From a bacterium (lineage in GTDB: Bacteria > Vulcanimicrobiota > JABDET01): a DNA stretch of 64,000 bases. The position numbers and the translations under genes were made by a program. Every line of letters begins with the position of its first letter. Position 1 is the stretch's first letter. The stretch is from assembly GCA_021817145.1 (NCBI GenBank), contig JAKAVV010000013.1, positions 3,141 to 67,140 on the forward strand, read 5' to 3'. Shown piece after piece: positions 36,555 to 46,222 of the stretch. A model generated the notes under the pieces. The model had not been told where the DNA came from. It searched no databases and saw only the letters and a list, made by a program, of their open reading frames with translations.

Positions 36555-37671
36555 TTTTTTATTTTTAAGCAATGGTTACGGGGAAGATGCGATCGCTTCA
36601 AAAATCGCAGAAACTGCACAGAATCAGCGAAGCTCAGCTGCATTCCCCTTAATTGGAAGAGGAAAAAGCTATGAAAAAAGAGGGGTTCCTGTCATTCATT
36701 CATTTCCCGAACTCCCTTCAGCAGGGGTCTCTTTTTACCAGGATTTTAAATCAGGGTTAATCAGGAGATTGAAGGACGAGTGGACCGCTCTTGAAAAAAT
36801 CGGAAAAGAGGCGCGATTCATCATTGCTGTAGGAGATATATTCCCTGTTTTTTTATCTCAATACTCCGCGCGCCGCCCAACTGTTTTTATCGGAACAGCG
36901 AAATCGCATTATGTTCAAGATTATAATTTTCTAGAAAGATCACTGTTAAAGAGAAACTTAAAAAACTTTGTTCGAGACAAGATCACTGCCGATGTTTTAA
37001 ACAAAAAAGATACAGCTGCAGATTTTGTCGGAAACCCAATGATGGATGAAACCCTTGCTGCCACCTGGAATTTTCCGGATTTTGATGGATTAACCCTTGC
37101 TCTTTTACCTGGCTCACGCTCAGACTGCGCAGAGAACTTTTCAATACAAGTAGAGGCACTGCAGCTCTTGCAGCAGACAAAAAGGGTAAAAATTAGAGGG
37201 ATCGCTCATCTCCCTCCATCTCTGGATCCCAAAATCTTAACCTCAAAATTGATTGGATGGGATGGAGTGTCAACAAACGAAGCTCCGTTTCTTTTAGGAG
37301 CTTACACCCAGGGGGAGGTTTTACTTCTACTGGCGCAAAATTCTCTTGGGGAGACCCTTAAAGCTTCTTCTCTTGTTTTAGGGCAGGCAGGGACAGGAAA
37401 TGAACAAGCAGCAGGAGCAGGGAAACCAGTTGTGGCTTTTGATTGGTCGTTTTCAAGAAATGGAAAGCTGTCCTGGTACAGATGGAGACAGAAGAAACTG
37501 CTAGGGGATGCCCTTGCAGTTGTTCGGGCTGATTCCAAACACCTGGCTGAAAAAACTTATCACATCTTAGGGGATCGAGATCTGTATCAAAAAATGTCTT
37601 ATGAAGGGAAAAATCGCATGGGTCCAGCAGGGGGTTCTCAAAAAATTGTCGAATATTTAAAGACTCTTTAG
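36499..37671 (+). CDS. LpxB-like (GT19-related) GT-B glycosyltransferase paralog; start uncertain
   Basis: ..LALLPGSRSDCAENFSIQ.. and ..LGQAGTGNEQAAGAGKPVVAF.. echo the LpxB PGSR and C-terminal motifs. The tracker ORF begins at 36418, overlapping the upstream gene by 137 nt. Internal Met at 36499 chosen provisionally. Confidence 0.4.
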   Translation: MGNTNHGKLKGVLFLGLYDFLFLSNGYGEDAIASKIAETAQNQRSSAAFPLIGRGKSYEKRGVPVIHSFPELPSAGVSFYQDFKSGLIRRLKDEWTALEKIGKEARFIIAVGDIFPVFLSQYSARRPTVFIGTAKSHYVQDYNFLERSLLKRNLKNFVRDKITADVLNKKDTAADFVGNPMMDETLAATWNFPDFDGLTLALLPGSRSDCAENFSIQVEALQLLQQTKRVKIRGIAHLPPSLDPKILTSKLIGWDGVSTNEAPFLLGAYTQGEVLLLLAQNSLGETLKASSLVLGQAGTGNEQAAGAGKPVVAFDWSFSRNGKLSWYRWRQKKLLGDALAVVRADSKHLAEKTYHILGDRDLYQKMSYEGKNRMGPAGGSQKIVEYLKTL

Positions 37672-37711
37672 GCTCTCTTGCGTATCTTAACCAAGCATGT
37701 TATAATTAAGG

Positions 37712-39433
37712 ATGCCAATGAATTTTCAAGAGTTGACTTTTTCACAGACTGTTTTGGAAAATGTGGGAGAAGCTATTATTGTTGTTGACTCAAATGGGCA
37801 CATCCAATTTATCAATCAATCAGGAGAAAAGCTGTTCGGATATTCTCTTCAAGAAATAGCGGGAAAAAACTTTAAAATACTATTTCACGAACCTCTGCTG
37901 GGATGGCATCAAGAGTACCTTGACATTCTCCAGTCCGACAGTTTCAGAAAACCGACTTCGCGAGAATCTATAGGAATGCGCAAAGATGGGACCACCCTTC
38001 CTCTCGATTTAATTTTAAGCAAAATGTCGTCGCAGAGCATTCCTTTTTTAATTATCAGCGCCAGAAACGCGCAAAAAAGAAAGGTGATAACAGACCAGGT
38101 AAAAGATCAAGCCCGAAGAGATCCTTTAACCGGGCTGTCAAGCAAAGATTTTTTTATTGAGCGGCTTAATACGATTCTGAACAGCGCAAAAAGAATCAGT
38201 CAAATGGTTGGAGTGATTTGCTGCAATTTGGACAGATTCAGTTTAATTAACAATACCCTTGGAAGGAATATTGGGGATGAGTTCCTTGAGAAAGTGGGAA
38301 AGCGGATTAAAAACTGCTCAAGAGAAGGGGATGTCATCTCCCGCTTTGCGGGAGATGAATTTTATATTATGCTTCCTTACTTAAAATCTCCGAATGATTC
38401 GGTAGGGTTTTCTAACCGAATCATTGATTCTTTGAGATATCCATTCATCATTAAAGAGAGAGAACTTTACATTACAGCCAGCCTTGGGATTTCTATTTTC
38501 CCGACCCTTGCTTCTGACTCAGACTCCTTAATTTCAAATGCGAATATGGCAATGCGCGAAGCAAAAAAACATGGGAGAAATTGCTGGAAACTGTTTTCAA
38601 TTGAGTCCAATATCAAAACTCTTGACTCTCTCATGATTTATTCTCAGCTTCATGGAGCCATTAAGCGCAGGGAGTTGTCTTTAAATTTTCAACCCATTGT
38701 AGAGGCTAAAACCTTAACTTTAAAAGGAGCGGAAGCTCTGGCTCGATGGAACCATCCTGAACTGGGAAAAATCCCCCCCTCTGATTTTATTCCTGTGGCT
38801 GAGGAAACAGGATTTATTGATACGATTGGAAAGTTCGTCATGATGAGCGCATGCGCCCAAAGCAAAGCCTGGCAGAACCAGAAACTCCCTCTTATCCCCA
38901 TATCAGTCAATGTCTCCACACCTCAATTTAAAAGTGAAAGATTTGTAGATGTGGTCTCTGAAATACTAGAAGCAAGCGAGCTGAATCCTGAACTCCTCCA
39001 CCTGGAAGTCACAGAAAGTTTAATGATGGAAAATGTGGAAGAATCTATTTCAAAACTCAAAGTATTAAGGGACCACGGAATTAAATTGTGCATTGATGAT
39101 TTTGGGACAGGGTACTCTTCTTTTCAATATTTAAAGCGATTTCCTGTTGATATTTTAAAAATTGACCAATCTTTTGTGAGAGATGTCGTTTCCAGCGCTG
39201 GAGACGCAACCATTGTTTCAGCCATGATTGATGTCGCCCACCGCTTAAAACTAGAAACAACAGCAGAAGGGGTTGAAACAAGGGAACAAATGCTTTTTCT
39301 GCGCGCCCAGGGGTGCGATTATCTTCAAGGATACCTTTTTGACAAGCCTAAACCTCCTGAAGAATTCGCTAGAATCCTTTCCAATCATTATTCTGACCAG
39401 TGGAAAGCTCTTCTGCAAGAGGAAGCATCTTGA
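37712..39433 (+). CDS. PAS-GGDEF-EAL c-di-GMP signalling protein (GGDEF degenerate: AGDEF)
   Basis: N-terminal PAS (..VGEAIIVVDSNGHIQFINQSGEKLFGY..), RFAGDEFYIML in the A-site position, and EAL-domain motifs EALARW, DDFGTGYSS, EGVET. Confidence 0.85.
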   Translation: MPMNFQELTFSQTVLENVGEAIIVVDSNGHIQFINQSGEKLFGYSLQEIAGKNFKILFHEPLLGWHQEYLDILQSDSFRKPTSRESIGMRKDGTTLPLDLILSKMSSQSIPFLIISARNAQKRKVITDQVKDQARRDPLTGLSSKDFFIERLNTILNSAKRISQMVGVICCNLDRFSLINNTLGRNIGDEFLEKVGKRIKNCSREGDVISRFAGDEFYIMLPYLKSPNDSVGFSNRIIDSLRYPFIIKERELYITASLGISIFPTLASDSDSLISNANMAMREAKKHGRNCWKLFSIESNIKTLDSLMIYSQLHGAIKRRELSLNFQPIVEAKTLTLKGAEALARWNHPELGKIPPSDFIPVAEETGFIDTIGKFVMMSACAQSKAWQNQKLPLIPISVNVSTPQFKSERFVDVVSEILEASELNPELLHLEVTESLMMENVEESISKLKVLRDHGIKLCIDDFGTGYSSFQYLKRFPVDILKIDQSFVRDVVSSAGDATIVSAMIDVAHRLKLETTAEGVETREQMLFLRAQGCDYLQGYLFDKPKPPEEFARILSNHYSDQWKALLQEEAS

Positions 39434-39891
39434 AAAAGCTGTTTAAAAAAAAAGGATATACTTTAATCGAGCTCATGATTGTCATCGCCATTATCGGGAT
39501 TATGGCTTCCATCATGATCCCGAATTTTGTGAGAGCAAGAGCAGAAGCTGAGATGTCAGCTTGTGAATCCAATGAACGGAACCTGGCAAATGCCCTTGAC
39601 ATGTATGCTGTTGATAATAACGGCAACTATCCAACCTCAAGCGGTGGACCTGGAGGAATGACTCTTCTGACTCCTAATTATATGCCAGGGCTCCCTGTTT
39701 GTCCAACAGATCAGTCTCAATATTATTATGAAACCATCAGCACGCCAATATTTAAATTTACGATCTCCTGCCAGGGTGATTTTACCATGCTTTTAGGTCC
39801 GACCAATGGAGGTCCACCAGGATCCCCCCATTACCCAAAATATTCACTGACTGGTGGAACCAATGGCGGCACAGGAAATATTCATCCCTGA
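39430..39891 (+). CDS. Type IV pilin-like protein (prepilin N-terminal cleavage/methylation domain)
   Basis: In-frame TTG at 39430 gives (M)KKLFKKKG|YTLIELMIVIAIIGIMASI, the classic class-III signal with Gly-1 and Glu+5. GAGGAAG RBS 6 nt upstream. The tracker's longer ORF from 39400 is unlikely. Confidence 0.7.
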   Translation: MKKLFKKKGYTLIELMIVIAIIGIMASIMIPNFVRARAEAEMSACESNERNLANALDMYAVDNNGNYPTSSGGPGGMTLLTPNYMPGLPVCPTDQSQYYYETISTPIFKFTISCQGDFTMLLGPTNGGPPGSPHYPKYSLTGGTNGGTGNIHP

Positions 39892-39910
39892 GCAGGAAAA
39901 GCCTAATTCG

Positions 39911-41131
39911 TTATTTTTTTTTCTTTTCTGCGATCTCTTTTAATACTTTAAAATATTCTGCAGCCAAATCTTTTCGAAGGAATTTTTTAAAGACATACTG
40001 CTTCCCTAATTCCCCTATTTTCTTTCTTTTTTCAGGATTGGATTTCAATTCCAGAATCGCCTTTGCAACTTGATCCATATCCTCAGGGCTAACTTGAACT
40101 CCACCCCCAGACTCCTCTAAAATTTGAGAAGCATCCCCTTTTTCAAGAAGGAGTAAAACGGGCTTTCCCGCAGCCAGATAATCAAATAAACGATTGGGAA
40201 TAAAAGCGCTGAAAGAGCCTGTTTGAGCATGAGTTAAAAAACACAGATCCGCTTTTTCTAAAAGATCAGGGACCTCTTTTCTTGGGACAGGTTCTAAAAA
40301 CAAAACATTGTCTAATTTTTTTACACTAGCCTCTCTCATGAGCTTTTTCTTCTCTACCCCATCTCCAACGAAAATAAACTGAATATCCCTATAATTCACT
40401 AATTTTTCGGCAATTTTCAAAAGGGTCTCTAACTGATTTGCCCTTCCCATTGACCCCACATAAAAGACTGAAAATTTTCCGCTTTTATTAAACGCTGGCT
40501 CTCTTTCATTTTCCACCCTGTCTTCAAAAATCGGATCCACTCCATTGGGAATCACCCGCATTTTTTCCATGGGAATCCCCTTTTGAGCGATAATTTTCGC
40601 AAATCCATTTGTCAGCGGAACGATAAAAGAAGAGTCCCGATAAAATTTAGCGATTATTTTATCCGCTGTTCGAGCAAGAAACCCAATTTTAACTCCAAGA
40701 TCCCGAATCATTTCCGGCCACAAATCTCGAATCTCCAAAACCCAGGGGATCTTTTTCAATCTATTGGAAAGCCATCCCATCAAAGCAGCGCTGGGAGGAG
40801 GAGACGTGGCAATCAAAACATCCGCTGAAGCGGCAAAAACAAAAGGGAGAGACAAAAAGAAAAAAGAGAGATAACAGAGGATTTTCCCTATCATTCCGAA
40901 TTTTAAAAAAGGAAGACAGGAGACCCATGTAATGGCTATCCCATCTATCTCCTCTTTTTTCCAGAGACGGTAAAAAGGTAATTTAGACTTTCCAGTCATG
41001 TAATTCACAGCCCCTGCAATCACCTGAACCTCTGCCCCTTGCTGTTTAAAAAAACGACATAAAAAGATGTGGCGGCTGCCTCCAGGTTCTGAATCCAGAA
41101 TGAAAAACTGATGCAGAAGAAGAATTTTCAT
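39911..41131 (-). CDS. Family-4 (GT4) glycosyltransferase
   Basis: GT-B fold. N-terminal ..KILLLHQFFILDSEPGGSRH.. and C-terminal E-x7-E region (..FLEPVPRKEVPDLLEKADLCFL..FIPNRLFDYLAAGKPVL..). Confidence 0.8.
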   Translation of the reverse strand: MKILLLHQFFILDSEPGGSRHIFLCRFFKQQGAEVQVIAGAVNYMTGKSKLPFYRLWKKEEIDGIAITWVSCLPFLKFGMIGKILCYLSFFFLSLPFVFAASADVLIATSPPPSAALMGWLSNRLKKIPWVLEIRDLWPEMIRDLGVKIGFLARTADKIIAKFYRDSSFIVPLTNGFAKIIAQKGIPMEKMRVIPNGVDPIFEDRVENEREPAFNKSGKFSVFYVGSMGRANQLETLLKIAEKLVNYRDIQFIFVGDGVEKKKLMREASVKKLDNVLFLEPVPRKEVPDLLEKADLCFLTHAQTGSFSAFIPNRLFDYLAAGKPVLLLLEKGDASQILEESGGGVQVSPEDMDQVAKAILELKSNPEKRKKIGELGKQYVFKKFLRKDLAAEYFKVLKEIAEKKKK

Positions 41132-41211
41132 GGCGATCCAGGGAAACTTTTCCTGCTGCTGCCTGGAATCCTGTTGGCAGGGGAATAATCTCTCATGTCA
41201 AAAAGCCTGCC

Positions 41212-42231
41212 ATGATTCTCTTTTTATTAACTTTTTCGCTCTGTTTTATTTTTACACAGTTGTGGCTTGTTATTTCACATCATTATTTACTCTATCAGAA
41301 AATACGAGAAGAAGGGCCGAAAGAACACTTAGAAAAAAAATCTACGGTTCCAACAATGGGTGGAATCGCTGTAATGCTCAGCATTCTTCTGGCAGTTCCA
41401 ACCATGATAAGATGGCATCCTGCCTCTCAAAAAAGTCATTTGTCTTTATCCATAATACATCTACTCCCTTTGTTATTTGCTTTTTTTGCAAGCGGACTCC
41501 TTGGGCTGGCAGATGACTTAATGAAATTCTTCAGAGGGAAAAACCTGGGGTTAAAAGGAAGATACAAGATTGCTGGAGAGTGCTTGATAGGAGCTGTGCT
41601 CTGGTATCTTCTTTTCAAAGAACATCTGCTTAACTCTTACAATTCCATGATTTTGAAGTGTTTAATTTTCATTTTCGGGAAAACTCATGCTGAAATTTTA
41701 GTTGGTCTCTCTGTTTTCCTTGTCATGCTGCTGGTCGTGGTTGTGGTGTTTGCGACAACCAGCGCCGTCAATTTTACGGATGGACTGGATGGGCTTGCCT
41801 GCGGTGTTTCCATTTTCCCGCTCCTCTATTTTCTGTATTTAGGGTTTATCCAGCATCAATTATCCGCTTATCATTTTACGTTATCCCTCCTGGGAGCCTG
41901 CGCTGCGTTCTTATGGTTTAACTCTTATCCTGCTAAAATTTTCATGGGAGATTCTGGATCGCAGGCTTTAGGAGGAGCTCTTGCTGCTCTTGCATTCCAG
42001 GTCCAGAGAGTTTTCTGGCTGCCTGTTGTCGGAGGGGTTTTTGTCATTGAGACAGCTTCGATCATCATTCAGGTAACCTATTTTAAACTAACAGGAGGGA
42101 AGAGGATCTTCAAAATGTCCCCTCTTCATCATCATTTTGAGCTGTCAGGAATCCATGAAAATCAAATCACTATTCGATTCTGGATCCTCTCTATGCTTTT
42201 GTGTTTGATTGCGACAGCTGCAGGGCATTAA
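41212..42231 (+). CDS. mraY: Phospho-N-acetylmuramoyl-pentapeptide transferase MraY
   Basis: ..KSTVPTMGGIAVM.., ..NFTDGLDGLA.., ..MGDSGSQALGG.. MraY/WecA motifs. First gene of the dcw block. Confidence 0.85.
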   Translation: MILFLLTFSLCFIFTQLWLVISHHYLLYQKIREEGPKEHLEKKSTVPTMGGIAVMLSILLAVPTMIRWHPASQKSHLSLSIIHLLPLLFAFFASGLLGLADDLMKFFRGKNLGLKGRYKIAGECLIGAVLWYLLFKEHLLNSYNSMILKCLIFIFGKTHAEILVGLSVFLVMLLVVVVVFATTSAVNFTDGLDGLACGVSIFPLLYFLYLGFIQHQLSAYHFTLSLLGACAAFLWFNSYPAKIFMGDSGSQALGGALAALAFQVQRVFWLPVVGGVFVIETASIIIQVTYFKLTGGKRIFKMSPLHHHFELSGIHENQITIRFWILSMLLCLIATAAGH

Positions 42232-42351
42232 GCTCCGCTTCCTGATATTGGAAAGATGTTCTGCTCTCCTATAGGGGAGTTATTTTATCCGATATTCATG
42301 TGGAGGAATACTCTATCAATATAAAGAACCACATCTTAGAGGAAAAGGAGA

Positions 42352-42600
42352 ATGTCTCTTGCTCGATCCAAAATAGAAGAAAAAAATCTTTTCAATTATC
42401 GTGATTATTTTCTGCTCCCTGACAATGGAAAACGATACCAGATTATCGAAGGAGAACTGTTCATGACTCCACCCCCTGGATTTTCTCATCAACGATCAGT
42501 TACTCAATTAAGTAAGATCCTTGCGAATTATCTAGATAAGAATCCGATTGGAGAAGTGATCTGCGCTCCTTATGCTGTGGGTTTAATTTACTCCACTTGA
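42352..42600 (+). pseudogene. Truncated Uma2-family (DUF820) putative endonuclease fragment
   Basis: ..YRDYFLLPDNGKRYQIIEGELFMTPPPGFSHQRSVTQLSKILANYL..IGEVICAPYAV.. matches the N-terminal half of Uma2 proteins (about 190 aa full length); it terminates at 82 aa. Confidence 0.55.
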
Positions 42601-42695
42601 GCATATAAATTGGTTATATAAGGATTTCAGAAATAGACGATATACTCTTTGACAGAATCTCAAAAATTACCGTTCTCGGATTAGGAAAAAGCGGG

Positions 42696-43985
42696 ATGGC
42701 AGCAGTCCGCTTTTTTAAACGGAAAGGGGTCGAAATTTTTGCGAGCGATTTTGGGAATCCCCCTGACAAAAGCTTGCAAGAGCTGCAGAATCTTGAAGTT
42801 TCTTACGAAACCGGAAAGCACACGGAAAAGATTTATGCCACTGACTTAATCCTTGTAAGTCCAGGCATTGATGCCTATCATCCGATTTTGATTGAAGCGA
42901 GAAAGAGAAAAATTCCGATATGCCCTGAAATTGAAGCTGCTTACCACTTCTGCCCCTCCCCTATTATCGCCATTACAGGAACCAATGGGAAATCGTCGGT
43001 CGCCGCTCTTACAGCGCACCTGATGAAACAAGCTGGATTAGATTCTAGACTGGTAGGAAATATTGGGATCCCGCTCCTGGAAGAAATTCCCACTTTAACC
43101 CCCCAAAGCTGGGCAGTTATGGAGGTTAGCTCCTTTCAATTGGAAACCATCACCCATTTCCATCCCAAGATCTCTTGCATTTTAAACATCACTCAAGACC
43201 ACTTAAACCGTCATCCTGATCTGAACGCTTATATTCGAGCAAAAGCGCGAATTATGGAAAATCAAACAGAAAAAGATACTGCTGTCTTAAACAAAGATGA
43301 CCCTACAACAAGATCCCTTGCTGCAAGAACAAAAGCTGAGATTTTATGGTTTGGAGAAGGGGAAATCTATTTAAATGAGAATAAAATTATTAGGGAACAG
43401 GGGGGGGCAAAAATAGTATTAGCGCAGTTTGAGAAATTTCAATTGCCAGGGAAGCATAATCTGAACAACCTGACTGCTGCTGCTGCTGTCTGCCATGCGG
43501 CAGGATTAACTTCTCCCATAAAAGGAATTGAAACTTTTACAGGGCTTCCTCACCGCCTCGAATTTGTAAAGGTCATACAAGAAATTGAATTCTGGGATGA
43601 TTCGAAAGCGACAAATCCCAATTCTGCGGCAAGCGCGCTGAAGAGTTTCAATAGCCCGATCATTCTCATAGCAGGAGGAAGCGAGAAAGGGTTGGACTTC
43701 CATCCATTGACTGAAGCTGCAGTTGGCAAAGTTAAAGCTCTCATTGCATTAGGAAAAGAAAATTCGAAGCTGCTGCAAGCTTTTTCATTCCTTGAAAAAG
43801 AAGCGGTCTTTGAAACAACAGAGATGAACCAGGCTGTTTTTGAAGCGTTTAAAAGAGCGCAGTCGGGAGAGATCGTTTTGTTGAGCCCTGCTAATGCTAG
43901 TTTTGATCTCTTTCATTCCGCTGAGGAAAGAGGAGATCAGTTTAAAAACAGCGTTGAAAAACTTTCGCGAGGAGAATGGCGGTGA
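42696..43985 (+). CDS. murD: UDP-N-acetylmuramoylalanine--D-glutamate ligase MurD (annotated from first ATG; true start probably non-canonical upstream)
   Basis: Mur ligase motifs (..GTNGKSS.., C-terminal domain). The in-frame upstream sequence encodes ..ISKITVLGLGKSG-M.., so the Rossmann GxGxxG lies before the first ATG. No ATG/GTG/TTG occurs in frame back to the stop at 42606. Confidence 0.8.
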   Translation: MAAVRFFKRKGVEIFASDFGNPPDKSLQELQNLEVSYETGKHTEKIYATDLILVSPGIDAYHPILIEARKRKIPICPEIEAAYHFCPSPIIAITGTNGKSSVAALTAHLMKQAGLDSRLVGNIGIPLLEEIPTLTPQSWAVMEVSSFQLETITHFHPKISCILNITQDHLNRHPDLNAYIRAKARIMENQTEKDTAVLNKDDPTTRSLAARTKAEILWFGEGEIYLNENKIIREQGGAKIVLAQFEKFQLPGKHNLNNLTAAAAVCHAAGLTSPIKGIETFTGLPHRLEFVKVIQEIEFWDDSKATNPNSAASALKSFNSPIILIAGGSEKGLDFHPLTEAAVGKVKALIALGKENSKLLQAFSFLEKEAVFETTEMNQAVFEAFKRAQSGEIVLLSPANASFDLFHSAEERGDQFKNSVEKLSRGEWR

Positions 43986-45121
43986 AATATAAAAAACCTG
44001 ACATGGTTCTTCTTTTTTTAATTTTTCTGCTTCTGGCAGTAGGATTGATCATGGTTTTCAGTTCAAGCACAGGAATCGCTCTGGCAATCACAAGAAAAGA
44101 CCCAAATCCTTACTATTTTTTAGAAAGACAGATCGTCTGGGTTATTCTTGGGTTTGCGGGACTGCTGGCAGCTTATCATCTTGACCTGAATTTAATCAAA
44201 AAATACATCCCATGGCTTTATATGACCTGTATCGGCATGTTGCTGCTGGTCCTGGTTCCAGGGATTGGAATGGATGTTTCAGGAGCAAGGCGGTGGTTTC
44301 ACTTTTCATTTGTCAATTTACAGCCTGCCGAGTTTTCAAAGGTCGTGTTAATTTTATTCATTTCCTGGTTCATCACTCGAAAAGGGGGGCTCTCCACCTC
44401 CTTATGGAAAACCATTTTTCCCCTATTAGTTTCAATTCTGCCTTTAATCTATCTCGTTTATAAAGAACCCGATTTCGGCACAGCGTTTCTCATGTTCACA
44501 ACAGCTCTTGGAACGATTTTTGTTTCAGGAATTCAACTGAAAGATATGGCGCTTTTAAGTTCAGCATCCCTTCCTGCTGGAATTTTTTATATGCTGAAAG
44601 CTAAGTATCGCCTGAAACGACTCCAGGGATTCTTCAATCCATGGAAACATCCCTATACTTCAGGATATCATATTATTCAATCCCTTATTGCGGTAGGATC
44701 AGGTGGATGGTTTGGCGTTGGACTTGGCGACTCCAGACAGAAATTTTTTTATCTTCCGGATCAGCACACAGATTATATTTTTGCGATTCTTGGGGAAGAA
44801 GGGGGGATCCTTGCCACTCTTTTTGTTCTGCTCTTATTCTTATTCGTTGCAGCAAGAGGATTGAATATTGCCTTAAAACAAACGGATCCATTTAAAAGAA
44901 TATTAGCTGCAGGGCTCACCATTTCGATTGTGAGCCAGGCTCTTATCAATATGGCGATGGTCATCCATCTTCTTCCTCCAGTTGGAATTCCTCTCCCTTT
45001 TTTAAGTTATGGGGGCTCCAGTTTAATGACCTGTCTTATCATGATCGGACTTTTGTTAAATCTTTCCCGAATCCCTATTCATAAAAAAATTGAAATGACC
45101 ACTTCTCTTGAGAGCGCATGA
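43976..45121 (+). CDS. ftsW: SEDS-family peptidoglycan glycosyltransferase FtsW
   Basis: 10 TM segments and conserved SEDS motifs (..GARRWF.., ..PDQHTDYIFAILGEE..). Position between murD and murG. Confidence 0.85.
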   Translation: MAVKYKKPDMVLLFLIFLLLAVGLIMVFSSSTGIALAITRKDPNPYYFLERQIVWVILGFAGLLAAYHLDLNLIKKYIPWLYMTCIGMLLLVLVPGIGMDVSGARRWFHFSFVNLQPAEFSKVVLILFISWFITRKGGLSTSLWKTIFPLLVSILPLIYLVYKEPDFGTAFLMFTTALGTIFVSGIQLKDMALLSSASLPAGIFYMLKAKYRLKRLQGFFNPWKHPYTSGYHIIQSLIAVGSGGWFGVGLGDSRQKFFYLPDQHTDYIFAILGEEGGILATLFVLLLFLFVAARGLNIALKQTDPFKRILAAGLTISIVSQALINMAMVIHLLPPVGIPLPFLSYGGSSLMTCLIMIGLLLNLSRIPIHKKIEMTTSLESA

Positions 45122-46221
45122 AAATCGTTGTCACTGGGGGAGGAACAGGAGGGCACGTTTTTCCCGCTCTTGTTTTGATGCAGCATTTAACTTCTCATGA
45201 GATTGTTTATGCTGGCAGTTCTAAAGGACTTGAGAAAAAACTCGCGGCAGCTTATGGGTTTCGTTTCCTGGAGATTGATTCTATGCCTCTGACAGGGAAA
45301 CGAGTTTTGAAAAATTTTATCGGCATTTTGGTCCTGTGTAAAGGAACCCTGCAGTCTCTTCTTTTCCTTTTCAAATTTAAACCCAATCTAATCATAGGAA
45401 CAGGAGGATATGTTTCCTTCCCTGTCCTTGCAGCAGGCTGGGTCCTTAAAATTCCCACAGTCCTTTTAGAACAAAATCTTCTGCCAGGAAAAACGACTCG
45501 GATCTTTTCTCGCTTGTCATCTTGTGTGTGCGTAAGTTTTGAGGAAACCGCAAAATTCCTCCCTAAAGTAAAAACTAAATTCACGGGGAACCCGGTTCGA
45601 GCTGAAATCGGAAGCATCCAGCATGACGCAGCTTGCGCTGTCCTGGGATTATCTGCAGAGCGCCCCGTTATTTTAGTGATGGGAGCCAGTCAAGGGGCGA
45701 AATCCCTTAATTCCTGCCTTCTAGAAGCCCTTCGCCTTATGCAAGATGAAACCTGGCAAATTCTGCATTTAACAGGAGAATCTCACTACCATGATGTTCT
45801 CCAAAAGGCTCAAGGAGTTCAAAATAAAGAGGCTCTTGTTTACAAAGCTTTCCCTTTTGCAGACAAAATGGAGATCTTTTATGCGGCTTCTGATTTAATC
45901 GTTTCCCGCGCGGGCGCAACAACAATTGCTGAAATCTTAACAGCGGGAAAACCCTCCATTCTAATCCCTTATCCTTATGCCGCAGATAACCATCAGGAAA
46001 TCAATGCCAGGTGGCTGGAAGAAAAAAAAGGATGCGAGATGCTGCTCGAAAAAGATTTAACCCCTGAATCCTTTTATGGAATTTTAAAGGAATGGCTTTC
46101 CAAACCCGATAAATTAAAAGAAGCAGGCAAACAGGCTAAACTTTTATCAAACCCTGACGCCGCAGAAAAAATTATAGCTGTCCTTGAAGAGACAGTAAAA
46201 AGAGAGAGTAAAACAAAATAA
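45118..46221 (+). CDS. murG: UDP-GlcNAc:lipid I GlcNAc transferase MurG
   Basis: ..IVVTGGGTGGHVFPALV.. N-terminal motif. 367 aa. GT28 family. Confidence 0.9.
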   Translation: MKIVVTGGGTGGHVFPALVLMQHLTSHEIVYAGSSKGLEKKLAAAYGFRFLEIDSMPLTGKRVLKNFIGILVLCKGTLQSLLFLFKFKPNLIIGTGGYVSFPVLAAGWVLKIPTVLLEQNLLPGKTTRIFSRLSSCVCVSFEETAKFLPKVKTKFTGNPVRAEIGSIQHDAACAVLGLSAERPVILVMGASQGAKSLNSCLLEALRLMQDETWQILHLTGESHYHDVLQKAQGVQNKEALVYKAFPFADKMEIFYAASDLIVSRAGATTIAEILTAGKPSILIPYPYAADNHQEINARWLEEKKGCEMLLEKDLTPESFYGILKEWLSKPDKLKEAGKQAKLLSNPDAAEKIIAVLEETVKRESKTK

Positions 46222-46222
46222 C

